Of a DNA stretch of 64,000 nt, positions 49,032-58,753 are shown piece after piece (positions within the stretch are counted from its first letter, which is position 1; every line of letters starts with the position of its first letter). Both the position numbers and the translations under genes were made by a program. The notes below the pieces were generated by a model. It had not been told where the DNA came from. It saw only the letters and a program-made list of their open reading frames with translations, and searched no databases. The DNA lies in NCBI GenBank assembly GCA_945898515.1, contig CAMDIH010000001.1, positions 13,093 to 77,092 on the forward strand. Reading direction: 5' to 3'. Source of the stretch: Candidatus Neomicrothrix parvicella RN1. GTDB lineage: Bacteria; Actinomycetota; Acidimicrobiia; Acidimicrobiales; VFJN01.

Positions 49032-50237
49032 TCAGCCCACCTCTGCCATCCCCCATGGCTCCTCGGGGCCTTGCGGCTCAACCTCGACCGGCGGTGAGGG
49101 GAGGACATGATCCACTCGCAGTCCCTCGATGCGGCTCAGTTGGCGTTCGAGTTGGCGACGCCGCGGGCCGGCCACCTCTTCGAGGGCCCGCTGGGCTAGA
49201 TCGAACCGTTTGGAAACCCCATCAAGGGCATCGGAGAACTTCCCCCATTGTTCGCCGAACCCCACCAGGCACCGAAGGATCTCGTCGGAGGTCCGGGCGA
49301 GTCGGGTTTGTTCCACCGCTTGTCGGATCACCGCGAGCACCGCAAACAGACTGACCGGAGAACACAACACCACCTTCTGGCGCAGGGCGATGTCGATCAA
49401 TTCCGGGTCTTGGTCGTGGATGAACGCCCACACGCTCTCGTTGGGGATGAACAGCAGCACTTCGTCCAAGGTGATGTCGGGATCGATGTAGCCGCGGGTA
49501 GACAACTCCTTCACCCGGAGGCGGACATCGCGCAGGAACGCCTTCGCGGTAGCCGCCCGCTCGCCCTCGGTACCGGCCTCCAGATGCCGTAGGTAGTTGT
49601 CGATCGGAAACTTCACATCCATGTGGAGCACCCGCTCCCCCGGAAGCAGGAACGTCACATCGGGAATGGTGCCGCCCGCGATCGCCGTCTGCTTCTTGTA
49701 GGTAACACCCTCCACCATCCCCGCCAGGCGCAATACGTCATCGGCCATGCGCTCCCCCCATTGGCCACGCGCTTTCGGGCTGGCCAACGCCTCACGCAGA
49801 TGTCCGGTGGTCTCCGCCAGCCGCGTGGTGGAGGCGGTGGCCGCCTGGAGACCGGCCACTAGTTGGCCGTGCTGCTGGGCCCCTTCCTGCTGCAGGCGCG
49901 CCACCACATCGCCGAGACGTTCCAACTGGGCGGTGAGCCCCTCCACGCGCTTCTCGAAGGCCGTGGCCTGCAGATCCAACTGGCGACTGCCGCTTTGCAT
50001 CGAGTCGCCCAGTTTCTCGCCGGCCATGTGCGCGGCCATGCCCGCCGCCGCGGTGACGGTGTGCTCGCGCTCGTTGCCGAGGGTGGCCGCCAGGGCCGCC
50101 GCCTGCTCCTCAAGGGCGGCCGCCAGGCGGGCATCGGCTCGACGGGCACCGGACCGGGCGACCACCAGCCCCGCCAGCATCGCCAGCCCAATCACGCCAA
50201 GCGCTCCTGCTAGGACCAGAACCACAGAAAGTTGCAT
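49032..50237 (-). CDS. rmuC: DNA recombination protein RmuC
   Basis: N-terminal TM, a long coiled coil, then the RmuC nuclease-like core (GQWGE..L, PDVTFLLPGERVLHMDVKFP, VLLFIPNE). Confidence 0.8.
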   Translation of the reverse strand: MQLSVVLVLAGALGVIGLAMLAGLVVARSGARRADARLAAALEEQAAALAATLGNEREHTVTAAAGMAAHMAGEKLGDSMQSGSRQLDLQATAFEKRVEGLTAQLERLGDVVARLQQEGAQQHGQLVAGLQAATASTTRLAETTGHLREALASPKARGQWGERMADDVLRLAGMVEGVTYKKQTAIAGGTIPDVTFLLPGERVLHMDVKFPIDNYLRHLEAGTEGERAATAKAFLRDVRLRVKELSTRGYIDPDITLDEVLLFIPNESVWAFIHDQDPELIDIALRQKVVLCSPVSLFAVLAVIRQAVEQTRLARTSDEILRCLVGFGEQWGKFSDALDGVSKRFDLAQRALEEVAGPRRRQLERQLSRIEGLRVDHVLPSPPVEVEPQGPEEPWGMAEVG

Positions 50238-50332
50238 GAGCCCACTATGAGACCAGGGTGTGACAATCCCCGCCGGTCCCCCCCTAGAGGTTGGCCCGAG
50301 CGGCCTCCGTGCGGGTGCGTAACCTACCAGGG

Positions 50333-51448
50333 ATGGCCACCTGGATACTGCGCCTCGACGATCACCGCCGTGGCCTGCGGGTGGCCGTCAAGGATCTCAT
50401 CGACATCGTCGGCACGCCCACCACCGCGGCGTGCGCGGCGGTGGCCGCTACCGCCGCGGTAGCCACCAGGGATGCGGAATGTCTGGCCGGGCTGCGCGCC
50501 GCCGGGGTGGTCATCGTCGGAAAAACCAACCTTCATGAACTCGCCTTCGGAGGTACCGGAGTGAACGCCGCCTTCGGCACTCCGGTGAATCCATTCGACC
50601 CGGAATGCATCCCCGGCGGCAGTTCCAGCGGGAACGCCGTTGCGCTCGCCAATGGCGAGGTCGACATCGCCATCGGCACTGATACCGGCGGTTCGATCCG
50701 CACTCCCTCGGCGTGTTGCGGCACCGCCGGGCTCAAGACCACCTGGGGACGTGTTTCCACCACCGGTGTCTGGCCCCTCGCCCCCTCGCTGGACACCATC
50801 GGCCCGATGGCGCGCGAGGTGGGCGGCCTGGTGAAGGGCATGGCCATGCTCGAACCGGGCTTCGCCGCCGGGGTGGCCACGACAGTGATCGGACGAGTTG
50901 AGCTCCCCGCAGTAGATCCCGCCATCGATGCGGCCATCGATAACCTGCTGGCCGCCGCCGCCATCACGGTGATCCCCATCAGCCTGCCCGGCTGGGACGC
51001 GGCGATCCAGGCCGGATCGGACATCCTGCTCTACGAGGTCTGGCACCATGACGGGCCGCTCTACCAACACCATCGGGCCGGGTTGGGCCCGGACATCCAG
51101 GCGCAACTGCGCCAGGCCCGGACCATGACCGAATCTGGCTATCGCGAGGCGCTGGTCCACCGGACGGCGTGGCGCCACGAGTTGGCGGCGGCGTTCCGGC
51201 AGGCCCCGGTTCTGGCCTGGCCCACCCTGGCGGTGTTCCCACCCCGCATCGGTGCCCACCCCCCCAATACCCGCCGCACCAACATCGCCGTCAACCTTGC
51301 CGGTCACCCCAGTCTCGCCCTTCCCATTCCCACCGCCGGGCGCTTCCCGGCCAGTGTGCAACTCGTTGGCCCCGATGGCAGCGAAGACCGGTTGTGCGGC
51401 ACCGGCTTGGTGCTTGAAGCCGCCGCCGCCACCCTTCGCCCCCGCTGA
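50333..51448 (+). CDS. Amidase-signature family amidase
   Basis: VKDLIDIVGTPTT, and GGSSSGNAVALA...GTDTGGSIRTPS (AS signature with Ser-cisSer-Lys context). The start is uncertain (ATG 50333 or 50291). Confidence 0.85.
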   Translation: MATWILRLDDHRRGLRVAVKDLIDIVGTPTTAACAAVAATAAVATRDAECLAGLRAAGVVIVGKTNLHELAFGGTGVNAAFGTPVNPFDPECIPGGSSSGNAVALANGEVDIAIGTDTGGSIRTPSACCGTAGLKTTWGRVSTTGVWPLAPSLDTIGPMAREVGGLVKGMAMLEPGFAAGVATTVIGRVELPAVDPAIDAAIDNLLAAAAITVIPISLPGWDAAIQAGSDILLYEVWHHDGPLYQHHRAGLGPDIQAQLRQARTMTESGYREALVHRTAWRHELAAAFRQAPVLAWPTLAVFPPRIGAHPPNTRRTNIAVNLAGHPSLALPIPTAGRFPASVQLVGPDGSEDRLCGTGLVLEAAAATLRPR

Positions 51449-51489
51449 GGCCGCGACCCACCTGCGCTGCGGCGCGACGGAGAGGGACC

Positions 51490-51942
51490 GTGGGCCGCTA
51501 CCGTCGGAGGGTGACCCACATCCGCATCAGCACGATTCTCGCCGCGTCCCCCGAGGCGGTCTGGGCCGACGTCAGCCAGATCGCCAGCCACGTGGACTGG
51601 ATGGCCGATGCCACCGCCATTCGTTTCACCTCCCTGACCACCGCCGGGGTGGGCACCACCTTCGAGTGCGACACCAAAATCGGACCGTTCAGACTGACCG
51701 ACGTGATGGAGATCACCGAGTGGGAGCCGGCTCGGGTGATGGGAGTTCGTCATTCCGGAGTGGTTACCGGCACGGGTCGCTTCACCCTGGAACCGGTGGC
51801 GGGGGGCGGCACCCGCTTCGAGTGGGGCGAAACCCTGGCCTACCCGATCTGGCTGGGGGGCCCGGTAGGGGCCTTCCTCGCTGCACCGTTGCTCCGCTGG
51901 GTCTGGCGTCGCAACCTGACCCGCTTGGCCGCCCGCTTCTAA
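51490..51942 (+). CDS. SRPBCC (START/polyketide-cyclase-like) family protein
   Basis: The IRISTILAASPEAVWADVSQI start is typical of SRPBCC proteins, as is the ~145-aa size. Confidence 0.6.
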   Translation: MGRYRRRVTHIRISTILAASPEAVWADVSQIASHVDWMADATAIRFTSLTTAGVGTTFECDTKIGPFRLTDVMEITEWEPARVMGVRHSGVVTGTGRFTLEPVAGGGTRFEWGETLAYPIWLGGPVGAFLAAPLLRWVWRRNLTRLAARF

Positions 51943-51951
51943 CCCGCCCCG

Positions 51952-52770
51952 TTACCCCGCACCGGCGAGGATGATCGAGGCACTACCGGCCACCAACCCA
52001 ATGGCCGCCACGGCGCCCACGATCAACGTGGGGTCCTTCAACACGCGCGGGCCGAAGTCGGTGAGGACCCAACCGGCGAAGAAACCCACGATCAGCCCAC
52101 CCACATGTCCCCCCACCGAAATGTTGGGCACCGTGAAAGTAAAGACGAGGTTCAGCAGGATCGTGGCCCCCAACCCCGAATCCATGATGCTGATGCCCCG
52201 GGCACGGAACACCGCCACCGCCACGCCCATGAGCCCGAACACCGCTCCTGAGGCCCCCACGGTGAAACTGGCGGGATCAATAATCATCACCCCGAGAGAC
52301 CCCCCGAGCATCGCCACAAAATAGAGGAGTACGAAGCGACCTCGGCCCACGACCGGCTCCAGCAACTGCCCCAATCGGTAGAGCACGAACATGTTGAACG
52401 CCAGATGCAACAAGTTGACGTGTATAAACCCCGACGAGACCAGCCGATACCACACGCCGTCTACGATGAACGCCGAAACCAAGCCACCGTTGCCAATGAA
52501 CGAATCCTTCGTGGTACCGCCGGAACCAACGCCAAGGAGGAAGACGGCCACGTTGATCCCGATCAGCGTGAAGGTGGCCACCGGCCTCGGCGGCCTCAGG
52601 GAGCGGGCGCTGATCACCTTCTGGGCGCCCTGCTTCGTGCATTCGGGGCAGTGGAAGCCCACCGATGCCTGATGCATGCAGTCGGGACAGATCGGCCGAT
52701 CGCAGCGCTGACAGATCACGCCCGCCCGACGATCCGGGTGGCGGTAACAGGTCTGGATGGCGGTATCCAC
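51952..52770 (-). CDS. Rhomboid family intramembrane serine protease with an N-terminal zinc-ribbon
   Basis: CYRHPDR..CQRCDRPICPDC...CPEC; rhomboid blocks FIHVNLLHLAFNM, GASGAVFGLMG and GGHVGG. GTG 52770 is preferred; the track ORF extends to 52872. Confidence 0.85.
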   Translation of the reverse strand: MDTAIQTCYRHPDRRAGVICQRCDRPICPDCMHQASVGFHCPECTKQGAQKVISARSLRPPRPVATFTLIGINVAVFLLGVGSGGTTKDSFIGNGGLVSAFIVDGVWYRLVSSGFIHVNLLHLAFNMFVLYRLGQLLEPVVGRGRFVLLYFVAMLGGSLGVMIIDPASFTVGASGAVFGLMGVAVAVFRARGISIMDSGLGATILLNLVFTFTVPNISVGGHVGGLIVGFFAGWVLTDFGPRVLKDPTLIVGAVAAIGLVAGSASIILAGAG

Positions 52771-52938
52771 AAGGGTGAACGCTAGCGGGATGGCCCCGCA
52801 ACGAGATGTCAGCCCCACGACGGCAGACACATTGCGAGACTGTGTCGGAATCGACGCCGAATCTTCATGCAACCTTTCGGTCCGTTCGGAGTCTCAACCG
52901 GCGAGTGGAGAAATCGTCACCGCCCTTAGGAGGTCGGA

Positions 52939-53265
52939 ATGTATAGCTTCGCAATCGTGATCATGTTGGCCCTCGCTACCTTGAAACTGGTGGACTTTGT
53001 AGTCGACAACGTGCCGGGCATCGAGCGCTTTCGCTCCCTCGGCACCTTCATAGTGGCCATCGGCTCCGTGTTGATCCTGGACTACTCGCTCTTCGAAGGC
53101 TTCGGCATCGAAGTGCGCGACGCGCGCACCGGCCTGTGGATGACCGGGTTCCTCGTGGCGGGCATGACCGTCGCCTGGCGAGCCATGTTCGCCTGGCTCA
53201 CCCATGAGCGGGCCGCCGGAGACGAGACCCTCGGCGTGCAGTCGCCCATCCGTCGCGTCGCCTAA
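52939..53265 (+). CDS. Small hypothetical membrane protein (3 TM)
   Basis: A strong SD, AGGAGG (52928-52933), lies 5 nt before the ATG. Three hydrophobic helices. No family recognised. Confidence 0.55.
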   Translation: MYSFAIVIMLALATLKLVDFVVDNVPGIERFRSLGTFIVAIGSVLILDYSLFEGFGIEVRDARTGLWMTGFLVAGMTVAWRAMFAWLTHERAAGDETLGVQSPIRRVA

Positions 53266-53287
53266 CGCCACTACGGATTGCTCCCAC

Positions 53288-53323
53288 CCGGAGGGCGGAT
53301 CGCATCAGCGGTCCGCCCTCCGG
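53288..53323. terminator. Very stable hairpin between convergent genes (likely bidirectional, I-shaped terminator)
   Basis: CCGGAGGGCGGA (53288-53299) pairs perfectly with TCCGCCCTCCGG (53312-53323). The stem continues with an inner CGC/GCG, leaving a 4-nt loop. There is no U-tract. Confidence 0.6.
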
Positions 53324-53368
53324 CGCGTTCAGCACCCGCGGCCAGGAAAGACTTGGTGGCCACCGTTG

Positions 53369-55039
53369 TCACCTCGGGGCGGGTGATCCGGGATGGTCCA
53401 GCATGAACCAGTACCAACCGTGCGGGGCCAGCGTGATGGCGTAGGGCAATGCAGCAATAGGCGGGAAGGCCACCCCGCCCGTGACCTCGACAGGAACCTG
53501 ACCGGCCCAGTCAGACAGCATCAATTCGCCGAGTTGCGGAAGCCGGCTGAGGTTATGAACGCACAGCACGCTTTGGTGTTCGTCGCGCCGCAGATAGGCC
53601 AGGACCGCCGGATTGTCGACGGGCAGCACCTCTAGGGAACCAGTGCCCAACACGGGATACTCGCGGCGCACCTGCAACAGCCGGCGCAGCCAGTGCAGGA
53701 ACGACGAGGCATCGCGTTGGCTGGCCTGCACGTTTACCGTGGCGAAGCCATAGACCGCATCCTCCACCGCCGGCAGGTAGAGCTTTGTGGCATCAACGGC
53801 GGAGAAACCTCCGTTGGGCTCGGACGTCCACTGCATCGGGGTGCGCACCGCGTCTCGGTCCCCCAGCAAGATGTTGTCGCCCATCCCGATCTCATCGCCG
53901 TAGTACAGGACCGGACTCCCCGGCATCGACAACAACAGGGCATGGAAGAGGCGGGCGAGGTTTTCGTTGTTGTCGAGCAGGGGGAACAGGCGGCGGGAAA
54001 TGCCCACATTGCACCGCATCCGCGGGTCGCTGGCGTACTCGGCGTACATGAAGGCCCGTTCGTCATCCGTCACCATCTCGAGGCTGAGTTCGTCGTGGTT
54101 ACGCAGGAAGATCCCCCACTGACAGCCATCGGGGATCGGCGGGGTAGCGGCCAAGATCTCGGTGATGGGATGGCGGTCCTCTCGCCGCGCCGCCATGAAC
54201 AGACGCGGCATCAGTGGGAAGTGAAAGCACATATGACATTCATCGCCGTCGATGCCGAAGTAGTCCACCAACTGGTCAGGCCGTTGGTTGGCTTCAGCCA
54301 ACAACACGCGACCCGGGTATTCCTCGTCTACCACTCGCCGGAGGCGGCGTAGATACGCGTGGGTCTCGGAGAGGTTCTCGCCGTTGGTGCCGTCTCGTTC
54401 GAACAGATACGGAACGGCGTCGAGACGGAACCCATCCAGACCCAAATCGAGCCAAAACCGCACCACATCGAGCATGGCGTCGGCCACCTCGGGGTTGTCG
54501 TAGTTGAGGTCGGGCTGATGATGGAAGAAACGGTGCCAGAAGTACTGACCCCGCACGGGGTCGTACTCCCAGTTCGATGACTCCGTGTCTACAAAGATGA
54601 CCGAGGCGTCGCTCCAGCGGTTGTCGTCGTCGTTCCACACATACCAGTCGGCCTTGGGGTTCGTCTTGTCCTGACGACTCTCCTGAAACCAGGGATGCTG
54701 GTCGGAGGTGTGGTTGAGCACCATGTCGGCCACGACACGCATCCCGCGCCGGTGTGCTTGTTCGATCAACTCCTGCACATCGTCGATGGTCCCGTAATCG
54801 GGGAGCACACGATGGAAATCGGCGATGTCGTAGCCACCGTCGCGCAAGGGCGAGGTGAACAACGGCAGCAGCCAGAGGCAGTCGATGCCGAGCCACTGGA
54901 GATAATCGAGCTTTTCGATGAGGCCGCCGAGATCACCGCTGCCGTCGTTGTCGGAATCGAAGAACCCGCGCACGAACACCTCGTAGAACACCGCCTGCTG
55001 GTACCAGCGCGAGCCGAGAGGCTCGATCGGGAGGGTCAT
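53369..55039 (-). CDS. treS: Trehalose synthase / maltose alpha-D-glucosyltransferase (GH13)
   Basis: WYQQAVFYEVFVRGF.DS..DG.GDL.G...KLDYLQWLGIDCLWLLP, GFRLDAVPYL, EANQ, and FLRNHDELSLEMV. Start at MTLPIEP (55039). Confidence 0.9.
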   Translation of the reverse strand: MTLPIEPLGSRWYQQAVFYEVFVRGFFDSDNDGSGDLGGLIEKLDYLQWLGIDCLWLLPLFTSPLRDGGYDIADFHRVLPDYGTIDDVQELIEQAHRRGMRVVADMVLNHTSDQHPWFQESRQDKTNPKADWYVWNDDDNRWSDASVIFVDTESSNWEYDPVRGQYFWHRFFHHQPDLNYDNPEVADAMLDVVRFWLDLGLDGFRLDAVPYLFERDGTNGENLSETHAYLRRLRRVVDEEYPGRVLLAEANQRPDQLVDYFGIDGDECHMCFHFPLMPRLFMAARREDRHPITEILAATPPIPDGCQWGIFLRNHDELSLEMVTDDERAFMYAEYASDPRMRCNVGISRRLFPLLDNNENLARLFHALLLSMPGSPVLYYGDEIGMGDNILLGDRDAVRTPMQWTSEPNGGFSAVDATKLYLPAVEDAVYGFATVNVQASQRDASSFLHWLRRLLQVRREYPVLGTGSLEVLPVDNPAVLAYLRRDEHQSVLCVHNLSRLPQLGELMLSDWAGQVPVEVTGGVAFPPIAALPYAITLAPHGWYWFMLDHPGSPAPR

Positions 55040-55046
55040 TGCTGGC

Positions 55047-55853
55047 CTAGGTGCCGGTGAAGGCAGCGTGCCCGGGGCCGAACTCCAAGAACGCCTGCAC
55101 CCCGATACGGGCGTCGTGGGTGCTGAACACATCGGCGAAGAGTTGTTGTTCGAGGTCGAGACCACCGTGAAGGGTGATGTCCAGGCCCCGGTCGATAGCC
55201 CGTTTGGCGAGCCCTTGGGCCACCACGGCTCCCGCTGCGAGGGCGGCGGCGCGCGCCACGGCCCGCTCGAACACCTCGGCGGGCGGCACCACCTCGTCCA
55301 CCAAACCCATTGCCAACGCCTCGTCGGCCCGCACCTGGCGCCCGGAAAAGATCAGGTCCTTCGCCCGGGCCGGGCCCACCAATCGGGCGAGGCGTTGCGT
55401 ACCACCGCCGCCGGGGATAATCCCCAAGAGGATCTCCGGTTGGCCGAGCTTGGCCTTGTCGCTCACGATCCGGAAGTCGCAGGCGAGCGCCAACTCACAA
55501 CCCCCGCCGAGGGCGAATCCGGAAATGGCGGCAATGGTGGCGCGAGGAATGTCGGCCACCGCGTTGAGAGCCCGCAGGAAACACTGCCCGATCAACTGGG
55601 CCTCGGCCCGGGTGATCACCTCCTCGGGCGCTTCCAATGACCGGAACTCGGAGATCTCCGCACCGGCGGCGAAGATGCGGTCGCCTCCGGTGACCACCAC
55701 CGCGCCGGGCGGATCGTCCCGCAGGGCGGAGGCGGCCTCTTCCAACTGATGGAGTAACTCCATCGACAGGGCGTTCACTTTGGGATTGTCGAGGCGCAAG
55801 ACGGCGACGCCGTCATCTCGGCGCTCCAGGGTGACAAGGGGCAACGGCGACAT
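55047..55853 (-). CDS. Enoyl-CoA hydratase/isomerase family protein
   Basis: AVLRLDNPKVNALS, VVTGGDRIFAAGAEI, and AAISGFALGGGCELALACD. Start at MSPLPLV. Confidence 0.85.
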   Translation of the reverse strand: MSPLPLVTLERRDDGVAVLRLDNPKVNALSMELLHQLEEAASALRDDPPGAVVVTGGDRIFAAGAEISEFRSLEAPEEVITRAEAQLIGQCFLRALNAVADIPRATIAAISGFALGGGCELALACDFRIVSDKAKLGQPEILLGIIPGGGGTQRLARLVGPARAKDLIFSGRQVRADEALAMGLVDEVVPPAEVFERAVARAAALAAGAVVAQGLAKRAIDRGLDITLHGGLDLEQQLFADVFSTHDARIGVQAFLEFGPGHAAFTGT

Positions 55854-55863
55854 GGTCGGGACG

Positions 55864-56802
55864 TTACTCGGGGAGGAGCAGTTGCCCTGCGGCGGTCCAC
55901 GGGTCGATCGTTCGATTGACCACGGCTTCGGTGAGTTCATCAAGCGCCACCCCGGCGCGGTCCTGGGCCCGCTCGAGCAACAGCGCCATCAAAATGTGGG
56001 TGAGTTCGGCCCCCACTCGCGCGGCGCGGCGCGGCGCCAGGGTGTGGGTTGCGTCGAGGTGGGCGCGGTGGGCACCGATAGCCGCCCATAATTCGGGTAC
56101 CCCGCCACCGGTGAGCGCAGTGGTAACCACCACCGGCGGTCGCCACCCCCCGTCGTCGGTGAGGTTCAGCATCCGCTCGAGGTCACTACGGGTTTCCTCT
56201 ACCCCCGGTCGGTCGGCCTTGTTGATCACAAACACATCCGCGATCTCCAACAGGCCCGCCTTGTTGGCCTGCACGGCATCGCCCCAGCCGGGGTTCACCA
56301 CCACCACGGTGGTATCGGCGGCTTCGGCCACCTCCACCTCCACCTGCCCCACGCCCACCGTCTCGATCACCACCCACGGCCAACCCACAGCATCGAGCAC
56401 GCGCACCGCTTCGAGGGTGGCCAGGGAAAGACCACCGAGATGCCCGCGCGTGGCCATCGAGCGGATGTACACACTCGGATCGCTGATGTGGTCGGACATG
56501 CGCACCCGATCCCCGAGGATGGCCCCGCCCGAAAACGGCGAGGAAGGATCGATGGCCAGCACCGCGATGGACTCCCCCTCCCCCCGCGCCTCCAGCACGA
56601 GCCCGTTGGTAAGGGTGGACTTTCCCGCGCCGGGCGCGCCGGTGACCCCCACCGTGTAGGCCTGCCCGGCCAGCGGGTGGGTGAGCCGTCCCACCTCCCG
56701 CGCCACGGGACCGCCGCGTTCGGCCAACGACAACAAACGGGCCAACGCAGCACGGTCGCCGGACCGGGCACGTTGGACAAGGTCGGCGGGATCATCGGCC
56801 AT
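55864..56802 (-). CDS. meaB: Methylmalonyl-CoA mutase-associated G3E GTPase (MeaB/ArgK)
   Basis: Walker A GVTGAPGAGKSTL, ETVGVGQ, and NKAD. Confidence 0.9.
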   Translation of the reverse strand: MADDPADLVQRARSGDRAALARLLSLAERGGPVAREVGRLTHPLAGQAYTVGVTGAPGAGKSTLTNGLVLEARGEGESIAVLAIDPSSPFSGGAILGDRVRMSDHISDPSVYIRSMATRGHLGGLSLATLEAVRVLDAVGWPWVVIETVGVGQVEVEVAEAADTTVVVVNPGWGDAVQANKAGLLEIADVFVINKADRPGVEETRSDLERMLNLTDDGGWRPPVVVTTALTGGGVPELWAAIGAHRAHLDATHTLAPRRAARVGAELTHILMALLLERAQDRAGVALDELTEAVVNRTIDPWTAAGQLLLPE

Positions 56803-56825
56803 GAGTGCCCAACGCTACCGAATCG

Positions 56826-57116
56826 TCAGAGCGACACGGGGGTGCCATCAGCGAGGGTCTCGCCAATGTTGACCACCTCGGTAACGCCTTCCACGCGGTC
56901 CTTGAGGATCCGCTCGATGCCCGCCTTGAGGGTGACGGTGGAAGCGGGGCAACTCACGCAGGCCCCGACGAGTTCGACCTGCACGATCCCGGTGGCGGCA
57001 TCGGCGCTGCGCAGAAAGATGTCGCCGCCGTCGGCCTGAATGGCCGGACGAATAGCTTCGATGGTGGTTTGCACCTTCTCTTCAAACACGGGGACTCCTT
57101 CAAGGGCCACAGCCAT
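56826..57116 (-). CDS. NifU C-terminal (Nfu-type) Fe-S cluster carrier domain protein
   Basis: IRPAIQADGGDI.L......G.V.V.L.GAC.SCPAS..TLK.GIE..L pattern with the CxxC motif. The start is at 57116 or 57137. Confidence 0.7.
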   Translation of the reverse strand: MAVALEGVPVFEEKVQTTIEAIRPAIQADGGDIFLRSADAATGIVQVELVGACVSCPASTVTLKAGIERILKDRVEGVTEVVNIGETLADGTPVSL

Positions 57117-57174
57117 GATCGCGCCGTGGAGCAGCACCGAACCACTTCATGAGGGTCAACACCTCCAACCCGCT

Positions 57175-57198
57175 CCCTGTTCCCGCCCCTGTTCCCGC
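57175..57198. promoter_or_regulatory. Perfect tandem direct repeat (2 x 12 bp, CCCTGTTCCCGC) over the -35 position of a putative leaderless promoter
   Basis: Read directly: copies at 57175-57186 and 57187-57198. A TANNNT box, TAGGGT (57210-57215), lies 7 nt before ATG 57223. Confidence 0.35.
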
Positions 57199-57222
57199 GC
57201 CCTGCCTCGTAGGGTCTTGCCC

Positions 57223-58533
57223 ATGTCTTCGCGCCGCGTACCCCCTCGTGCCCGTCGCCGCCTTCTCTCCCGAGCCGTAGTCGGGTCGCTCACCACGGTG
57301 GGGGCCGTGGTGGTGATGGCCGCGCCAGCGAGTGCCCACGACGCCGGGGGGGATGCCCTCCCCGAGCCCCTGCTCCTGGGCTATGGCGGCGCGGCCGCCC
57401 TGATGATCACCGCATTGGTGTTGTGGGCCTGGTGGCCCTCGGCTCGTCTCGCCCGTTTCCACCCCGCCGAAGCCCGGCCCGCCCCCGATACGCCACTCGC
57501 CGGCGGAGTGGCGGGCATCCTCTTGTTGGCCCTGATGCTCGTTATCGCACTGGCCGGCGTCAATACCCAGGCCGGCAACCCCACCCCATGGATGGTGGGG
57601 GTTGTGTTCTGGGTGGGCCTGCCGCTGAGTTGTGTGCTCTGCGGGGATGTTTTCCGCTGGGTCAACCCCTTCGCCACCGTGGTCCGACTACTTCCCCTCG
57701 GTACCCGCCAGTCTGCCGAACGAACCGCTCCCCCGTGGGTGGCGGCGGTCTTCCTCTTCAGCTTCATCTGGTACTTCCTCGCCTACTACCGCCCGGGGTC
57801 ACCGCGGGCGCTAGCGATGTTCCTGATCCTCTACTCAGCGGCGGCGTTGGGGACCGGTTGGCGATGGGGGCACCGATGGCTCGCCACCGGCGAGGGTTTC
57901 GGCGCGCTGTCGTCCACGGTGGCTCGGCTCTCACCCTGGGGTGCTCGAGGGCCGCTGCCGCCGGGAATCGCACCGCTGATGACCGTGTGGCTCGGGGGCG
58001 TTACGTTCGACCTGCTGGCCGAATCGAACCGTTGGGTCGACTTCCTCGGCTCCAGTCGGGGTTGGGGGCGGACCCTGCTCGACACTGCCGGACTGGCCTG
58101 GACGACCCTCATGGTGGCGGCGCTCTATCTCCTCGTGGTGTGGGTGGCCGAACGGGGTCAGACCCTCCGACTCGCCGCACCCCTGGGGGTGGCCCTCATC
58201 CCCTTGGCCACCGGATGGTTCCTGGCCCACGATCTCTCCCTGCTGTTGGGGGAGGGACAGAACGCCCTCATCCTCGCCTCGGACCCGCTCGGGCGAGGCA
58301 ACGACCTCTTCGGGACGTTCAACACCACCATCAACTACGCCGTCCTCACCCACAGTTGGCTTCGCTGGAGCGAGTTGGCTCTGGTGGCGGTCGGCAATCT
58401 GGCGGCGCTCGTCGTGTTTCACGACACCGCCCTGTCGCTCCTGGCCCGCCCCCGAGCGGTGCGCGCCACGGTGGTCATGGCGGCCGTACTGAGCACTACG
58501 CTGGCCGCCGGTGTCGTAGTGGTACTCGGGTGA
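57223..58533 (+). CDS. Hypothetical polytopic membrane protein with a cleavable-looking signal peptide
   Basis: MSSRRVPPRARRRLLSR...MAAPASA|HDAGG followed by about 9-10 TM helices. Start at ATG 57223 inside ORF 57040..58533. Confidence 0.6.
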   Translation: MSSRRVPPRARRRLLSRAVVGSLTTVGAVVVMAAPASAHDAGGDALPEPLLLGYGGAAALMITALVLWAWWPSARLARFHPAEARPAPDTPLAGGVAGILLLALMLVIALAGVNTQAGNPTPWMVGVVFWVGLPLSCVLCGDVFRWVNPFATVVRLLPLGTRQSAERTAPPWVAAVFLFSFIWYFLAYYRPGSPRALAMFLILYSAAALGTGWRWGHRWLATGEGFGALSSTVARLSPWGARGPLPPGIAPLMTVWLGGVTFDLLAESNRWVDFLGSSRGWGRTLLDTAGLAWTTLMVAALYLLVVWVAERGQTLRLAAPLGVALIPLATGWFLAHDLSLLLGEGQNALILASDPLGRGNDLFGTFNTTINYAVLTHSWLRWSELALVAVGNLAALVVFHDTALSLLARPRAVRATVVMAAVLSTTLAAGVVVVLG

Positions 58534-58727
58534 CGGTGTCGGTGGAGCATTTGACGCTCGTGCTCGGCCACCAGGGTGGCTGGGACGAGATCGGGATAGT
58601 CCTGGCCCCTGTGGCGCTCTTCGCCGTGCTGCTGGCCATCACCAACCGTCGTGCCAACCGCTTCGAAGCCGAAGCCGAGGCCGAAGCCATCGAACAACCG
58701 CCGCCCGACGAACCCACCCCCCGCTAA
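58530..58727 (+). CDS. Putative 65-aa single-TM protein with an acidic (EA)n tail
   Basis: GTG 58530 overlaps the upstream stop (GTGA). One TM (IGIVLAPVALFAVLLAI), then RRANRFEAEAEAEAIEQPPPDEP. It is the only plausible part of track ORF 57423..58727. Confidence 0.4.
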   Translation: MTVSVEHLTLVLGHQGGWDEIGIVLAPVALFAVLLAITNRRANRFEAEAEAEAIEQPPPDEPTPR

Positions 58728-58753
58728 GTCGCCCTCCCGCCCCCCGCCTCCCG

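Noticed and set aside
57423-58529. The 434-aa ORF 57423..58727 as a real gene.
   Set aside because: Almost all of it overlaps the polytopic membrane protein gene in another frame and is Arg/Pro/Gly-rich. Only the last 65 codons (from GTG 58530) fall in otherwise non-coding space and look protein-like.
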